A DNA stretch of 64,000 nt from contig OZ249451.1 in the NCBI GenBank assembly GCA_965235115.1, forward strand, positions 9,486,001 through 9,550,000. The letters run 5' to 3'. The first letter of the stretch is position 1. The number at the start of each line of letters is the position of its first letter. The notes beneath the pieces are model-generated. The model had not been told where the DNA came from. It ran no database searches and saw only the letters and a program-made list of their open reading frames with translations. Shown piece after piece: positions 61,658 to 64,000 of this stretch. Both the position numbers and the translations under genes were made by a program. The DNA is from Laetmonice hystrix. Taxonomy: Eukaryota.

Positions 61658-63985
61658 AAGGCCAGTCAGTACATGTGGTTAGCCCTCACTTTAGTGTTTG
61701 CTCGAGTATAAAGCCAGACAGAACATGTTGGGAGCCCTCACTGTAGTGTTTGCTCGAGTGTAAGGCCAGATAATACATGTAGGAAGCCCTCATTGTAGTG
61801 TTTGTATCAGTCTCAGCTCAGTCAAAACATGTACAGAGCCCTCACTGTAGTGTTTGCTCGCGTATAAGGCCAGACAGTACATGTTGGGAGCCCTCACTAT
61901 AGTGTTTGCTCGAGTATAAGACCAGACAATACATGTAGGGAGCCCTCACTGTAGTGTTTCTTCCAGTCTGAGGCCAGCCAATACATGTACAGAACACTCA
62001 CTGTAGTGTTTGCTCGAGTATAAGGCCAGACAGTACATGTTGGGAGTCCTCACTGTACTGTTTGCCCGAGTATAAGGACAGCCAATACATGTAGGGAGCC
62101 CTCACTGTAGTGTTTACTTCAGTCTAAGCTAAGTCAATACATGTAGGCAGCCCTCACTGTATTGTTTGTTCGAGTATAAGGCCAGTCAGTCCATGTGGGC
62201 AGCCCTCACTGTAGTGTTTGCTGCAGTCTGAGGCCAGTCAATATATGTAGGGAGCCCTCACTGTAGTGTTGGCTCGAGTGTAAGGCCAGTCAATACATGT
62301 AGGAAGCCCTCACTGTAGTGTTTGCTCGAGTATAAGGCGAGACAGTACATGTTGGGAGCCCTCACTGTAGTGTTTGCTCGAGTACAAGGCCAGTCAATAC
62401 ATGTAGGTAGCCCTCACTGTAGGGTTTGCTCGAGTATAAGGCCAGTCAGTCCATGTGGACAGCCCTCACTGTAGTGTTTGCTGCAGTCTGAGGCCAGTCA
62501 GTACTTGTAGGGGACCCTCACTGTATTTTTCTTTTGAAATGCACGGGCATCAGGGGTAACCCAATTACTTTGACAATGTCCCTAAAGAGAAAAGTTGTAT
62601 AGTCCTCTACAGGAATCGAACCCCGGCCCCAAGATTACTGCACCCATTCGCATAGCATAAGGTGTCGACATCCATGCCCACTAGGCCACCGCCACTCCTC
62701 TATAAAAAGGAGCTTTGGTGGTCGAGCAGGACAATGGACCCTCCCCCCTCCACACATCTTCCGAAATGAGACGGAATCCACAGAGCTACACATGATTTCT
62801 ACCGAACATTGACTGTTAAGGTAATCCTTGTAGTGTTTGCTCCAGTCTAAGGCTAGCCAATACACGTAGGGAGCGCTCACGCTAGTGTTTGCTCCAACCC
62901 AAGGCCAGTCACTACATGTAGGGAGCCCTCACTGTAGTGTTTGCTCGAGTATAAGGCTAAACAATACATGTAGAGAGCCCTCACTGTAGTGTTGGCTCGA
63001 GTGTAAGGCCAGCCAATACATGTAGGGAGCCCTCACTGTAGTGTTTCTCGAGTACAATGCTAGTCAACATGTAGGTAGCCCTCACTGTAGGGTTTGCTCG
63101 AGTATAAGGCCAGTCAGTCCATGTGGACAGCCCTCACTGTAGTGTTTGCTGCAGTCTGAGGCCAGTCAGTACATGTAGAAAGCCCTCACTGTACTGCTTG
63201 CTCAAGTATAAGGCCAGACAGTACATGTTGGGAGCCCTCACTGTAGTGTTTGCTCCAGTCTGAGGCCAGTCATTACATGTAGGGGACCCTCACTGTAGTG
63301 TTTGCTCCAGTCTAAGGCTAGCCAATACATGTAGGGAGCGCTCACTCTAGTGTTTGCTCCAACCCAAGGGCATTTAATACATGTACGGGGCCCTCACTGT
63401 AGGGTTTGCTCGAGTATAAGGCGAGACAGTACATGTTGAGAGCCATCACCGTAGTGTTTGCTCGAGTATAACGCCAGTCAGTCCATGTGGACAGCCCTCA
63501 CTGTAGTGTTTGCTGCAGTCTAAGGCCAGTCAGTACAGTAGGAAGCCCTCACTGTACTGTTTGCTCGAGTATAAGGCCAGACAGTACATGTTGGGAGCGC
63601 TCAATGTAGTATTTGCTCGAGTATAAGGCCAGTCAGTCCATGTGGCCAGCCCTCACTGGAGTGTTTGCTGCAGTCTGAGGCCAGTCATTACATGTAGGGG
63701 ACCCTCACTGTATAAGGCCAGTCTAAGGCTAGCCAATACATGTAGAGAGCCCTTACTGTAGTGTTTTTTCGAGTATAAGGCCAGTCACTACATGTGGGGA
63801 GCCCTCAGTGTAGTGCTTGCTCGAGTATAAGGCCAGCCAGAACATGTTGGGAGCCCTCACTGTAGTGTTTGCTCGAGTATAAGGCCAGTCAGTCCATGTG
63901 GGCAACCCTCACTATAGTGTTTGCTGCAGTCTGAGGCCAGTCCATACATGTAGGGAGCCGTCACTGTAATGTTTGCTTCAGTCTA
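61658..63985. repeat. About 52-bp diverged satellite, roughly 38-40 copies, interrupted at 62526-62828
   Basis: Unit GAGCCCTCACTGTAGTGTTTGCTCGAGTATAAGGCCAG(A/T)CA(G/A)TACATGT(T/A)GG with recurring variant units. Confidence 0.97.
62526..62828 (-). mobile_element. 303-bp insertion containing a tRNA-derived SINE-like head and an A-rich tail
   Basis: Minus strand A-box TGGCCTAGTGG (62678-88), B-box GGTTCGATTCC (62612-22), tail TTTCAAAAGAAAAA; flanked by TGTA duplicates (62522-25, 62829-32); an uninterrupted paralogous site lies at about 63281-63320. Confidence 0.75.
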
Positions 63986-64000
63986 ATCTCATTCAATTTC

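Noticed and set aside
62612-62693. Functional tRNA gene
   Set aside because: A and B boxes are present, but there is no cloverleaf or acceptor stem and it is embedded in a tailed insertion, so I called it SINE-like instead.

Overview
Eukaryotic (bilaterian invertebrate) genomic DNA from a gapped assembly (six N runs, several beside AG/CT microsatellites). I can support only one protein-coding gene: a 4-exon, plus-strand ANTP/NKL-class homeobox gene, join(44512..45400,52456..52559,58806..58900,59043..59223), 422 aa. It has an eh1 motif (FSIDDIL), an 11-Ala tract and the homeodomain [60 protein letters not shown], which I recognise from memory as the Abox family (Drosophila CG34031 / C. elegans ceh-19 type). 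That family is reported absent from tunicates and vertebrates, which would place the host outside Olfactores. The 44 kb upstream has no recognisable CDS. It holds CpG-rich motif-dense blocks and large minisatellites (63, 32, 51/52, 33, 23 and 113 bp units). Intron 2 is packed with nested non-autonomous DNA transposons. The window ends in a ~52 bp satellite interrupted by a tRNA-related insertion. The long ORFs in the supplied track at 16.4-18.4 kb and 21-25 kb are satellite artefacts. I found no CRISPR array, rRNA or true tRNA. The most interesting leads, all unverified, are: an in-frame alternative donor that would remove a hexapeptide-like NPW motif; CTCF motifs bracketing the gene; a YY1/Pho-motif minisatellite; a candidate antisense non-coding exon; nested Harbinger-type elements; and a coding-like Gly-rich repeat cut off by a gap. 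All counts are manual.
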